A DNA stretch of 64,000 bases from contig CAWIEK010000049.1 in assembly GCA_963835065.1 (NCBI GenBank), forward strand, positions 672,001-736,000, read 5' to 3'. Below are positions 9,456 to 19,228 of the stretch, in pieces. The DNA comes from an uncultured Chthonomonadaceae bacterium (lineage in GTDB: Bacteria; Armatimonadota; Chthonomonadetes; Chthonomonadales; Chthonomonadaceae). The notes under the pieces are model-generated. The model was not told where the DNA came from and did not search any database. It saw nothing but the letters and a program-made list of their open reading frames with translations. The stretch's first letter is position 1. Each line of letters opens with the position of its first letter. Both the position numbers and the translations under genes were made by a program.

Positions 9456-10613
9456 ATGCCAACGCCCCTCTTTGCGCAATTGATGCAGCCGGAAACGCTG
9501 GCGATGGCCTGGGAACAGGTGCGCCGGGGCGGAAAAACACCCGGCGTGGATGACGTGACGCTGCCGCAGTTTGAACGCCATTTAGACCGGGAACTGCCGC
9601 GCCTGGCGAGAGAAGTACGCGAGGGCGCGTACCATCCCTGGCCGTCGCTTCGCCTCAACATCCCCAAACTAAAGGGCGGCACGCGGGCTATCGGCATCCA
9701 ATGCGTACGGGATCGCGTCGTCCAGCGCGCCCTGCTCAATCTCCTGCAGCCGCGCATTGAGCCGCAGTTGGAAGCCTGCTCGTATGCGTTTCGTCCGGGC
9801 CGCTCCGTGGCGCAGGCGCTGTCCACTCTGGATGCGCTGCATCAGGGCGGGCGAAGTTGGGCGGCGCGGGGCGATATTCGCCTGTGCTTCGATAGCCTGG
9901 CGCATGACCGGCTGCAAGCGGTTTTAAGCCGCGTCGTGCCGGAAAAGGATGTGCAGGAACTGCTCAGTCGCTGGCTGCGCGCGGGCGTGGTGGATGGCGA
10001 ACAGTGGCAGGAAACCGGGGCGGGCGTGGTGCAGGGTGACGCGCTTTCGCCCCTGCTCTGCAACCTGTACCTGGATGCGTTCGATGAAACCCTGCTGCGG
10101 GCGGGGTATGCGCTGATTCGCTATGCCGATGATTTCGTGCTGCTTGCCCACTCGGAACGGGAAGCGAGGCGCGGATTGCAGGCCGCCGATACCGCCCTGA
10201 GCGCGATTGCGCTGCACAGTAACCCGGAAAAAGCTTGGGTGGGCACGTTTATACAGGGTTTCGAGTACCTGGGCGCATCGCTGGTCGGCTCGCTGATTTT
10301 GCCGCTGCACAAAGTGGAGCGTCCGGGCAAACTTCCGCGCTACACGTTCGGCTACGGCGAACGCCCGCCCGTCCGCGCGCCCAACGAGCCGCCATGTGCG
10401 CCCGTCGTGACGCCGCTGACCGCCACCCACGCGCAATTGCGCGAGGAACTGCTGCGTTTGCGCCGCGCCCGGCAGCGGGGCCGGCAATTGCCCGCTGTGG
10501 GCGCGGCCATGCTGCAGGCGTGGGAGGAAGCCGGACGCCGCCGTCCCGCCCGACGCCGAACGGGAAGGCTGGCAAAGCGTGTATCTGATATAGGAGTAGG
10601 GGTTAGGGAGTGA
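9456..10613 (+). CDS. CRISPR-associated reverse transcriptase (group II intron-like, stand-alone)
   Basis: TPGVDDVT, IPKLKGGTRAIGI, DRVVQRA, SYAFRPGRS, GVVQGDALSPLLCNLYL, RYADDF; between cas2 and cas1. Confidence 0.95.
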   Translation: MPTPLFAQLMQPETLAMAWEQVRRGGKTPGVDDVTLPQFERHLDRELPRLAREVREGAYHPWPSLRLNIPKLKGGTRAIGIQCVRDRVVQRALLNLLQPRIEPQLEACSYAFRPGRSVAQALSTLDALHQGGRSWAARGDIRLCFDSLAHDRLQAVLSRVVPEKDVQELLSRWLRAGVVDGEQWQETGAGVVQGDALSPLLCNLYLDAFDETLLRAGYALIRYADDFVLLAHSEREARRGLQAADTALSAIALHSNPEKAWVGTFIQGFEYLGASLVGSLILPLHKVERPGKLPRYTFGYGERPPVRAPNEPPCAPVVTPLTATHAQLREELLRLRRARQRGRQLPAVGAAMLQAWEEAGRRRPARRRTGRLAKRVSDIGVGVRE

Positions 10614-10697
10614 TTAGGAATTAGGCGCAATCCCAATACTAACTGCCGCGCCCCAACACCTAATCCCTAATCCCTAATCCCTAATCCTTAATCCCTA
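10591..10697. repeat. Heptamer-arm inverted repeat (TTAGGGA-like) / (CCCTAAT)n between RT and cas1
   Basis: Contains the RT stop codon and ends at the cas1 ATG. Confidence 0.75.
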
Positions 10698-11817
10698 TGT
10701 CAAGCCTCGTCGTCACAACTCAAGGAGCGGTACTGCGCTGCGTGGGCGGGCAGATCGTGGCGGAATAGCAGAAGCAGGCCATGCAGAAGATTCCACAAAA
10801 CCAGGTGGAGCGCATTCTGCTGCTGGGCAGCGTCGGCCTGACAACAGGCGTTCTCAACTTCGCGCTGGAAAAGCGCATCCCCGTCACGTTTTTGACGCAG
10901 GAGGGGCAGTACAAAGGACGGCTGGAATCGGGCGGGCGGCGCGACATTGCGCTGCGGCTGGCGCAGTTTCGGGGTCTGGAAGATGTGGCCTGGCGGCTGT
11001 GCCTGTCGAAAACGATTGTAAGCGCAAAGATCGAAGCGCAGCGCGGCGTCTTGCGGCGGTGCGGGCGCAATCATCCGCAACCGCCCATCACAGCCGCCAT
11101 TGCGCAGTTGAACGATAGCCTGAACCGCATTGCCGACGCGCAAACCCTGCCCGAACTGATGGGGCAGGAAGGCAGCGCCGCCCGCGCCTACTTTCACGCC
11201 CTGCCCTCCGCCCTGCGCCGTTCCCTGCCGTTTAATGGGCGCAACCGCCGCCCGCCCAAAGACCCGGTGAACGCGCTGCTGAGTTTGGGCTACGGCCTGC
11301 TCACGGCGGAAATCATCGGCGCGCTGACGGGCGCAGGTTTGGACCCGCAGATCGGCCTCTTCCACAGTTCGCGGGGGCGCATGCCGGTGCTTGCTGAAGA
11401 CGTGTTGGAGATGTTTCGCGCTCCGGTTTCGGAAGTCCGCGCTGACACCTGAAAATTTGGGCGTGATGCGGGCGGAGCATTTCGAGAAACCTGAAACGGG
11501 GGAGCTGACAAACCCTGACCACGTACTTCAAGCACTACCGCCGGCGGATGCAGACGACGTTTCGGAACCGGCAGGGACAGCCGACCAGTTTCCGGCGCGA
11601 GTTGCAGGCACAGGCAACCCACTTGCGGCGCGTGATTTTACATCAGGAACCCTACGCGCCGTTTGAATTTCAGGTAGGCGGGCCGCATGACGATATTGCC
11701 CAACGCGACAAACCGGCGCAAACCTTGCTCAAGTCTAAAAGAAAAAGTGACATATGCCTCAGCAGCAAAGACAAGGGTAAGCCAGCGTCGGCGCTAACCT
11801 CCAAAACGCCAAAATAG
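10697..11817 (+). pseudogene. cas1: Cas1 with an in-frame TAG (10766-10768) and at least two C-terminal frameshifts
   Basis: LVVTTQGAVLR, ELMGQEGSAARAYF, RNRRPPKDPVNALLSLGY, GLDPQIGLFH, LAEDVLEMFRA; tail YAPFEF in a third frame. Confidence 0.88.
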
Positions 11818-11932
11818 GGAGGTTAGCGCCGGAAAAATAATCTCAACATGCTTGACAACACACGAAAAATACGCTATACTGGCTCTATGTTTCCGAGGTT
11901 AGCGCCGATGAGAAGGAAACATGAGATAGAGG
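11789..11932 (+). promoter_or_regulatory. CRISPR leader with a sigma70 promoter
   Basis: TTGACA 11852-11857, 17 bp, TATACT 11875-11880; three copies of a 13-bp motif. Confidence 0.85.
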
Positions 11933-13965
11933 GTTGCAACCCGACCTCTTCCCCGTAGGGGATTGAAACTGAGGATCCCAGCTCGGAGAGGCTGATGCCT
12001 TGATGCCGCTGTTGCAACCCGACCTCTTCCCCGTAGGGGATTGAAACAGAAGGTGACCGGGTTGAGGCTGTTAGCCACCAGAAACTCATTGAGTTGCAAC
12101 CCGACCTCTTCCCCGTAGGGGATTGAAACGGCGATCAGCCTTTGAAACTCTGCATGGTCTCCAGTGGTTGCAACCCGACCTCTTCCCCGTAGGGGATTGA
12201 AACGGGAGCGGTTTGGGGAGGAGGGGTTCTTCTGTGCCCTTGTTGCAACCCGACCTCTTCCCCGTAGGGGATTGAAACTCCTCAATCGAGTCGGCCTCAG
12301 CCCCGTCAATGCGGTTGCAACCCGACCTCTTCCCCGTAGGGGATTGAAACGGTAATGCGCTGCCCGGCCTCGTACTCCGGCGAAGCCTTGAGTTGCAACC
12401 CGACCTCTTCCCCGTAGGGGATTGAAACGTACTCGACCTGGACATTCGGTACGCCAAGACTCGTTGACTTCGTTGCAACCCGACCTCTTCCCCGTAGGGG
12501 ATTGAAACGATGACGTTGATCTGGTGCGGGCCGTTCAGGATGAACCGGTTGCAACCCGACCTCTTCCCCGTAGGGGATTGAAACAGGCTCCAGGGCGGTG
12601 GTGGCGATGGGTTGCATTGCCGTGGTTGCAACCCGACCTCTTCCCCGTAGGGGATTGAAACTCATGCCCCTTGGCGATGATGGGTCCGGTCGCGCACTCG
12701 TCGGTTGCAACCCGACCTCTTCCCCGTAGGGGATTGAAACAGCCTTCATACCCAGCTCACTATGTCGCATGGCACTCAGTTGCAACCCGACCTCTTCCCC
12801 GTAGGGGATTGAAACCGTTCCCAATGGTTTTGTAGAAGTAATAACGCGCCTTGTGTTGCAACCCGACCTCTTCCCCGTAGGGGATTGAAACGGCCCAGGA
12901 GAAAGGCGGTGGTAGCGGTGTCCAGGTCGAGTTGCAACCCGACCTCTTCCCCGTAGGGGATTGAAACCCGCTCGATCTCCGTGATCCTCCACATCTTGGA
13001 TATGGGGACGGTTGCAACCCGACCTCTTCCCCGTAGGGGATTGAAACAGGAGAACCACCAGCTTGTAGCTGCTACGCTCGTACTGTTGCAACCCGACCTC
13101 TTCCCCGTAGGGGATTGAAACACAGGTTCTTTCTTCACGGCTGACAGCAACGTGTCAAGTAGTTGTTGCAACCCGACCTCTTCCCCGTAGGGGATTGAAA
13201 CCCCAGCATTTCCTCCGGCACTGGAATCGATCTTTAGTGGGTTGCAACCCGACCTCTTCCCCGTAGGGGATTGAAACAATCTGCTTGTCTCTGGCTTTGG
13301 GGTCATGCTCGGGCATGAAAAGTTGCAACCCGACCTCTTCCCCGTAGGGGATTGAAACACGGCATACACCTTGGTGCGCAGTGAGGTGGGCTGAACCGAG
13401 TTGCAACCCGACCTCTTCCCCGTAGGGGATTGAAACGTTTCACGTCCTATAACAGTTAGTAGTCCGATTGTTAGGTTGCAACCCGACCTCTTCCCCGTAG
13501 GGGATTGAAACCGTAGCACCTCTTCGAAGGTGGAGCGGTCAGCCGCAGACGTGGTTGCAACCCGACCTCTTCCCCGTAGGGGATTGAAACAGGATGAACC
13601 ACCAGCTTGTAGCTGCTACGCTCGTACTGTTGCAACCCGACCTCTTCCCCGTAGGGGATTGAAACATGTTCGTTGTTGAGCGCGCTAGAGTGCCCGCAAA
13701 AGTTCAGTTTGTTGCAACCCGACCTCTTCCCCGTAGGGGATTGAAACCTTGCGTGCCTTGTGCGCTGGTGATTACTTTGAACATGGTGTTGCAACCCGAC
13801 CTCTTCCCCGTAGGGGATTGAAACCATGCTCCCAGTCTTCGGCAAGCGTCCTGTGCAGATTCGAGTTGCAACCCGACCTCTTCCCCGTAGGGGATTGAAA
13901 CTCGGACAACGAAGTTCGGTGGTGCTGGCTTTGAGGGCGCGGGAAGTTGCAACCCGACCTCTTCC
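11933..13965 (+). CRISPR. CRISPR array: 26 identical 37-nt repeats GTTGCAACCCGACCTCTTCCCCGTAGGGGATTGAAAC, one truncated terminal repeat, 26 spacers of 35-45 nt
   Basis: Counted by eye; orientation from the ATTGAAAC 3' handle, the left-hand promoter and the degenerate right-hand repeat at 13946. Confidence 0.99.
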
Positions 13966-14048
13966 TGCAACCGGCAAAGAATTTAGATGGTATGTGCCGG
14001 GGACTACAGGCAGGTCTACGCAACACAAACTCTGTAATTCTTAACAAC

Positions 14049-14096
14049 AAAAAGCAGCCTTTCGACACAAGCGCTTGTGTCGAAAGGCTGCTTTTT
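14049..14096. terminator. Perfect 48-bp palindrome, probable bidirectional terminator
   Basis: AAAAAGCAGCCTTTCGACACAAGC|GCTTGTGTCGAAAGGCTGCTTTTT between the array and the convergent PIN gene. Confidence 0.8.
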
Positions 14097-14169
14097 ATGG
14101 ATACTGAACGTCCTGCTAAAGCAGGATGGGTTAGGGTTCCTTGAGAATTGTTTGCTGCGTTTCCTCAGA

Positions 14170-14739
14170 TCAGATTTCAGTTCTGTAGGCTGCCAGTTGG
14201 TCCGCCGTAGTAACAAGCCGATTGTTCCGCAACGTTTCTATGAACTCGTCAAACGTTTTTGGTGGGTTTTGCAAAGCCGCAAGCGCTTCACGAATCACGC
14301 GCATAAACCCTATCGGTTCTGTGATTAAGAGCTGACTGATAAAGAGGTCTGGATGCTGCGCGTCGATTCTATAGGGCGCGAGCGCGGATGCTGGAAAGTC
14401 CGAAAGGTTGTACGTCACGATAATAGAAGCCTTCCCTACAATGGCAGCTGCCAGCACATGCCGGTCATCCACATCGGGCAGGACAAGGCTCTCAATTAGA
14501 CTTTCGTAACCTTCCACAAGACTACCCGCCGCATGAGTATTCATCAAGACTCGAGTACGCTCCAGTTTTGCGCGGCTAAGTTCCGGGCGATTTGCCAATA
14601 CGTTTTCCATCCACTCATCATGTATCTGTTCTGTCCAGCGAGGCGAATACAACCCCCTACCGGCAAGCCGCATAAGCAGATCGCGCAACGGAGCGGAGTA
14701 GAGAACGCACACATCTAATACTGCAACTGTTGGAATCAT
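14170..14739 (-). CDS. PIN-domain (VapC-like) toxin
   Basis: AVLDVCVLY, LRDLLMRLA, LPDVDDRHVLAAA, IVTYNLSDFP. Confidence 0.9.
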   Translation of the reverse strand: MIPTVAVLDVCVLYSAPLRDLLMRLAGRGLYSPRWTEQIHDEWMENVLANRPELSRAKLERTRVLMNTHAAGSLVEGYESLIESLVLPDVDDRHVLAAAIVGKASIIVTYNLSDFPASALAPYRIDAQHPDLFISQLLITEPIGFMRVIREALAALQNPPKTFDEFIETLRNNRLVTTADQLAAYRTEI

Positions 14740-15203
14740 TCGTATAGTCCAAGCCGCTGTGCCTCAGCAGTCATCTCATCCAGTACCGCTTTACGCGCTT
14801 CCTGTTCCGCTTCCATATAGGCAGCCAAGTCCGCATATCGAACACGGCGATGCGTTCCGACAAGGCGGAACGCGATTTTACCCTCATCCAGCAGTTTAAT
14901 CAGGTAGGGACGCGACACGCCCATAATCGCCGCCGCCTCAAATGTGGTCAGTTCTACCGGCAGCGGCAGAGCGGTTACAGCATTGCCGTTGCCCATTTCG
15001 GCCAGAATGGAGGCGAGCAGGGAGAGGGCGGGAGCCGGAACCTTAATCGCAACCCGCTTTTCTCCCTCGCAGGATAGTTCCAGACAGTAACACTTTTCGC
15101 CGTTCATAAAGTGTTCAATTTCTTTGCCGGCTTCGCGGGCGTCTTCGCGCTCCTGCTCGGAAAGCGTAAACGCCTTTACCGCTTCATTCATCGTGGCAGC
15201 CAT
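14736..15203 (-). CDS. Excisionase-family HTH DNA-binding protein, putative antitoxin
   Basis: ELTTFEAAAIMGVSRPYLIKLLDEG, VGTHRRV; overlaps the PIN gene by 4 nt. Confidence 0.88.
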   Translation of the reverse strand: MAATMNEAVKAFTLSEQEREDAREAGKEIEHFMNGEKCYCLELSCEGEKRVAIKVPAPALSLLASILAEMGNGNAVTALPLPVELTTFEAAAIMGVSRPYLIKLLDEGKIAFRLVGTHRRVRYADLAAYMEAEQEARKAVLDEMTAEAQRLGLYE

Positions 15204-15390
15204 CGTATCATCTCTCCATTCCTTTGTTTTGAACAGTGTACCATGCTAAGTGCAATATATGCAATGAACTTCTCGCATGTTCCCCCTTCCCATTCCTCGG
15301 ACAGCGCCTACAGCAATCATCCCACAACAACCCTCCGCAAAAACAATCCCACAAAAAGACAGAAAAAAAGCCAAACAACGTAAAACAAAC

Positions 15391-15664
15391 GAACCTTTTG
15401 CCCCACACAGCCGTCTAAACAGTAGAACACAGTCTACTATGCAGATGTTATACCCACAGGAAGGCGGAACGTTCGCAGTTCCTATCAACTATTAACTATC
15501 AACTATCAACTAAGAAGGGAGGTGCCAGTCCTATGTTTCACCCCTCCCGTTCGCCCTGACGCTTACGAGGTCACGACGCCTCTCTCCTACAACCTGACAC
15601 AACGAGACATCGGGCTGGAAGCGCTGCATTGCCAAGATTTCGACGATGACTCTACATATCCTTT
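15391..15664 (+). ncRNA. Candidate small RNA / minigene unit, copy A
   Basis: GAAC-N17-CGTCTAA promoter, (TATCAAC)n, AAGGGAGG SD, ORF MFHPSRSP* (15533-15559), conserved tail shared with copies B and C. Confidence 0.6.
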
Positions 15665-15750
15665 CATTTTAAGGACGTTTGTTGTTGACTGTACCCGTAA
15701 CGTATCCGGCGCGGGCTGCGTCTAAAGCCTAAATTTCTTTCGATGGAGAC

Positions 15751-17649
15751 ATGGCTATGCGCAAAGGTAATGCCCGGTTGCTTCCTTTACCGATTTCAAG
15801 CGGATTTTGGCTGACGCGCGCGTGTGGATTGTTCGCGTGTGGATTGCTGGCGCTGCCGGGGAATGTCGGGGCGCAATCGTCGCGCCCCGCCCCGCCTGCG
15901 GATGTGTTTGCTCAGGATACGCGGCTACGGCAGAATGTGAAGGTACACGCGCCCGGTTTGGCCGTAAAGGATTTGCTGGCGCGGCTGTCAGCGACAACAG
16001 GCGTGATGCTGACCGCCGACAAAATCACTGCCGAAGACAAAGTGATTGTTTTCAGCCCCGCGCGGCCTTTGCAGGCGACGCTTGCCGATGTTGCCGCCCT
16101 GTTCAACGATGTCTGGCGGCGGGAAACCACAAGCGACGGCAAGCCCCGCTACCTTCTCACCCGCAGCCTCCGCGCTTCCGCGCTCGAAGAAACGCTCCTC
16201 AACAAATCCCGCAATCGCCTGATGGCGCAGCTTGACGCGCAGGTAAACGCCTTAGCCGAAACGCCCGAACAACTGGCAAAGCGGCCCGCCAATGACCCCA
16301 TACGCCAGAGCCTTACGAAAGCGGAAAATCGAACCGCCACGCAGGTTTATGCCGCGCTTTCGCCCGAACAGCGCGACGTTTTGTTTTCCCGCCGCGTGAT
16401 GAACTTTGCCCCCAACACCATCAGCCCGCAGATGCGCGAACCCATCCGCAAACTCTATGAAGCCAGCATTGCCGCTATCGCCAGATTTCGGCCCCCGGAC
16501 GCCAACAACCCGCCGGAAACCCTTGCCGATTATGAGCGTCAGGGCATACAATTTGCCATTCATTCCTGCGGCGGACGGGTGACTCCTGCGATCTACGTTT
16601 ACGGCAAGGGTTCGATGCACGGCTCGCTGTTCGCGGAACTCGACGCGCGCAAGCAGTGGACATTGCCGCCACACGGCAACCCTTACGTTCAGCCCTCCCC
16701 TGCCCTGCTCCCTCCGATTGCCGAAGCCGAACAAACGCGCAAGGCCACGCAGGAAAAACAATGGCTTGACCAACTGCGCTCCCTTGCCGCGCTTACGGGA
16801 AAGCCCGTTGTGGCGGACTTCTACCGCAGCCAGCCTATCAACGCCGCTCCCATCGAGCAAAATCCTGATGCCGGCACCCCTGACAATCCTCCTGCCGCAC
16901 AAAGCCAATCCGGCAATGACGCTCCCGCCGCCAAAGCCAGCCCTGATGCGAAGGGAAGAATTAGCGCGAAGACAAAGGAGGCCGCAACAGAAAACATTGC
17001 CGCTTTAGATGATTTTTGTCGAAAAGCCGGGTATCTGTGGTGGATGCGGGCGGATGGCACACTGTTGTTCCGCAAGCGGGACTGGTACGAGCAGAAGTTG
17101 TACGAAGCGCCTGAAGATTGGCTGCATGAAACGGTGAAACATCTGGCCGCGCAAAACAACACGCCCACGCTTGCCGACTTTTTACGCGCCCGCCAACTGA
17201 CCACCCAGCAAATCCTCGGCCTGAACAGCATTTATCAGGGCGAGAACTACAGCTATTCGGAAGTGGAAGCCGTTGGCGCAACGGAACTGCTTGCGCTGCT
17301 GGACCGCCAGCTTGCCACAAGCGCCCTGTATCACCAGCCGATGAAGGTGGGCAGAACGCAATCCGCGATTTACTCTGTGGAGGGTGACAGCCTGACAGCG
17401 GCCCGCGACGCGCTGCTGGAGTTCCTGAACGCGCAGTTACAGCCGTTTGCCTTTGCAGACATAAAGTTCTTCCGCGTGGACGCCGTAAACTCGGACCGCT
17501 CTCCTGCCCCCGAAAGCGGTTTCAAGGACGCCGAACTCATGCTGATGTGCAACTGGAATCACGGCGCGGTGCGAAGCTATTACATTCGGTTGCCGCTCCG
17601 CCTGCCCGATGACCGCCAATCCGAAACCGTAATTGAACAAGCGCCGTAA
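15751..17649 (+). CDS. Hypothetical secreted protein
   Basis: 632-aa ORF, GGAG SD, signal-peptide-like N-terminus; AAC-N17-CGTCTAA upstream at 15699-15725. Confidence 0.75.
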   Translation: MAMRKGNARLLPLPISSGFWLTRACGLFACGLLALPGNVGAQSSRPAPPADVFAQDTRLRQNVKVHAPGLAVKDLLARLSATTGVMLTADKITAEDKVIVFSPARPLQATLADVAALFNDVWRRETTSDGKPRYLLTRSLRASALEETLLNKSRNRLMAQLDAQVNALAETPEQLAKRPANDPIRQSLTKAENRTATQVYAALSPEQRDVLFSRRVMNFAPNTISPQMREPIRKLYEASIAAIARFRPPDANNPPETLADYERQGIQFAIHSCGGRVTPAIYVYGKGSMHGSLFAELDARKQWTLPPHGNPYVQPSPALLPPIAEAEQTRKATQEKQWLDQLRSLAALTGKPVVADFYRSQPINAAPIEQNPDAGTPDNPPAAQSQSGNDAPAAKASPDAKGRISAKTKEAATENIAALDDFCRKAGYLWWMRADGTLLFRKRDWYEQKLYEAPEDWLHETVKHLAAQNNTPTLADFLRARQLTTQQILGLNSIYQGENYSYSEVEAVGATELLALLDRQLATSALYHQPMKVGRTQSAIYSVEGDSLTAARDALLEFLNAQLQPFAFADIKFFRVDAVNSDRSPAPESGFKDAELMLMCNWNHGAVRSYYIRLPLRLPDDRQSETVIEQAP

Positions 17650-17870
17650 AACCCGGTTTATTCCTTCTCTCTGCTACAGTGCGTTCACGTCTGCCGGGTG
17701 TTTTCAACGCTTGCTGTGAAATGGGAGGCCGGGTACCGACAAGAGCGTTCCGAGTGTTGAAAACACCCGGCAGGAAAAGGCAAGCGTCTTGCAGACGCAA
17801 CTTTCCGAAAGCAGGGGCGCGTCTGAAAGACGCTTGCTTTGTCCAGCCAGGGGTTTTCAACCCCTGGCAA
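17646..17870. repeat. Cluster of REP-like palindromes (CCGGGTGTTTTCAAC / GTTGAAAACACCCGG; CCAGGGGTTTTCAACCCCTGG)
   Basis: Between convergent genes; related hairpins near 53186 and 54583. Confidence 0.65.
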
Positions 17871-17909
17871 CAAACAGAAGAAGCCAATACGCTGTGGACA
17901 GGAACAATG

Positions 17910-19190
17910 TTATTGTTCGGCAGGCTTTGCTGATACAGAGGAAGTAGTCACAGCGGCTTGCGGCGTGGTGTTCAGAGCGAAAAAGTAAAGGCTGCGGCCT
18001 TTGCCGTCCGGCGTTTTGCTGGTCAAAATCAGCAGGCCGGGCGTTCCATCGCCGTGCGCGCTTTCCGTCACTACGTCGTAGATGTCGCCTTCCAGACGCG
18101 GCGTAAAGAACTGGTTTGCCATGCTCGGTTCGCGGGGATTGACGACGCCCACCTTCCAGCCCTGACTTACCAGTGTCAGTTTCGGCTTCGTCAGGCCGGT
18201 TGGATCGTTTTTCACGTCAATATCCTGATCCAAGTCCACATGGTAAAGCAATTGCTTGTTCAGTTTCGCCGCTGTCCATAAGCCGAGCAGCCCGCCCCGC
18301 GTCAGTTCCGCCGGCCAGCCGATTTTGTCGAAAAATTCGGGCGTGTCGCGCATGTCGAGTTGCGCCACCTGTCCGTCCGGCGTCGGGATAGGATCAATCA
18401 GCAAACTGGGATTGTTGAAATCAAGCCGGTACGCCTTCATATCGGTTGGCGAACTCGCCGCCAGTACGCGCTCCGTATTGTCCGTTTTCAGGCGGACGCT
18501 GCCCACAATGTTCAAAGACTGCGCGGCGTCCTTGCGAATATAGGTTTTGCCGTTCCATTGCCATGCGGAGCGTTCGGTCACGATCACGGTCTTGCCATCG
18601 GCTGTAAACTTGCCTGCCGCCAATTTTTCCGCGCTTCCGGGCGTATCCCCCGTGAACTCGGTGATGTACGCTTTGCCGTCCCATTTTTTCACGGTCAGGA
18701 CGCTGCTGTCTTTGGTGTCCGGCTTGACATTGAGCGTAATCAGGCGGGGAATGTGATCGCCTGCCACATCCGCAACGGCAATACGCCGCGCCGCGTCCGG
18801 CAGCATTTCCCGCGCCACGAACCGAAACAGGGCGGCGGGCGCATTGGGACGAACGCGGGGTTCCACGTAGCCGTCAAAGGAATGGTTGTGCGCCTGATAA
18901 TACGCGCCACGCTTATTGACATCCAGCGCCTCGCGCCTGCCCGTCTTGTCATCAATCGTGCCGGGACTGCCGCTGACATGGCAATACTGGCAGGCGCGGC
19001 CTTCCTTCTGCGCGTACTCCGCCGTCGCCTGTGCCGCTTGCCCGCTTCCCAATCCTAAAATCGCCAGCAGCATACAGGAAATTACAGGCAAAATACGGGA
19101 AGGTTCTGATTTTGCGTGGCTCAAAAATGCGAACATACAGCATGTCTCCAAAAGTGTCGGGCGTTCAACGTCGAATGTTTTTCTTCTCAA
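17910..19190 (-). CDS. Secreted protein with an N-terminal CxxCH motif (possible c-type cytochrome domain)
   Basis: Hydrophobic signal then AEYAQKEGRACQYCHVS; beta-rich remainder; start uncertain. Confidence 0.65.
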   Translation of the reverse strand: MRRKTFDVERPTLLETCCMFAFLSHAKSEPSRILPVISCMLLAILGLGSGQAAQATAEYAQKEGRACQYCHVSGSPGTIDDKTGRREALDVNKRGAYYQAHNHSFDGYVEPRVRPNAPAALFRFVAREMLPDAARRIAVADVAGDHIPRLITLNVKPDTKDSSVLTVKKWDGKAYITEFTGDTPGSAEKLAAGKFTADGKTVIVTERSAWQWNGKTYIRKDAAQSLNIVGSVRLKTDNTERVLAASSPTDMKAYRLDFNNPSLLIDPIPTPDGQVAQLDMRDTPEFFDKIGWPAELTRGGLLGLWTAAKLNKQLLYHVDLDQDIDVKNDPTGLTKPKLTLVSQGWKVGVVNPREPSMANQFFTPRLEGDIYDVVTESAHGDGTPGLLILTSKTPDGKGRSLYFFALNTTPQAAVTTSSVSAKPAEQ

Positions 19191-19228
19191 CGTTCAACGC
19201 TCATCGCTTGCCGCTCAACGCTTCGTTC

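Noticed and set aside
9456..10613. Group II intron, retron or DGR
   Set aside because: No room for intron RNA between cas2 and cas1, and no msr/msd or template/variable repeat pair seen; the cas context explains the RT.
8378..10768. Stop-codon recoding (Sec, Pyl or alternative code) for the in-frame TGA and TAG
   Set aside because: TGA and TAG both terminate housekeeping genes in this window, and the two cases use different codons.
11874..14068. Long minus-strand ORFs across the array
   Set aside because: Translations of the CRISPR repeat (VSIPYGEEVGLQ, FQSPTGKRSGCN).
15557..15650. Selenocysteine readthrough of the minigene TGA
   Set aside because: Copy C has a second in-frame TGA three codons later, and I see no SECIS-like hairpin.
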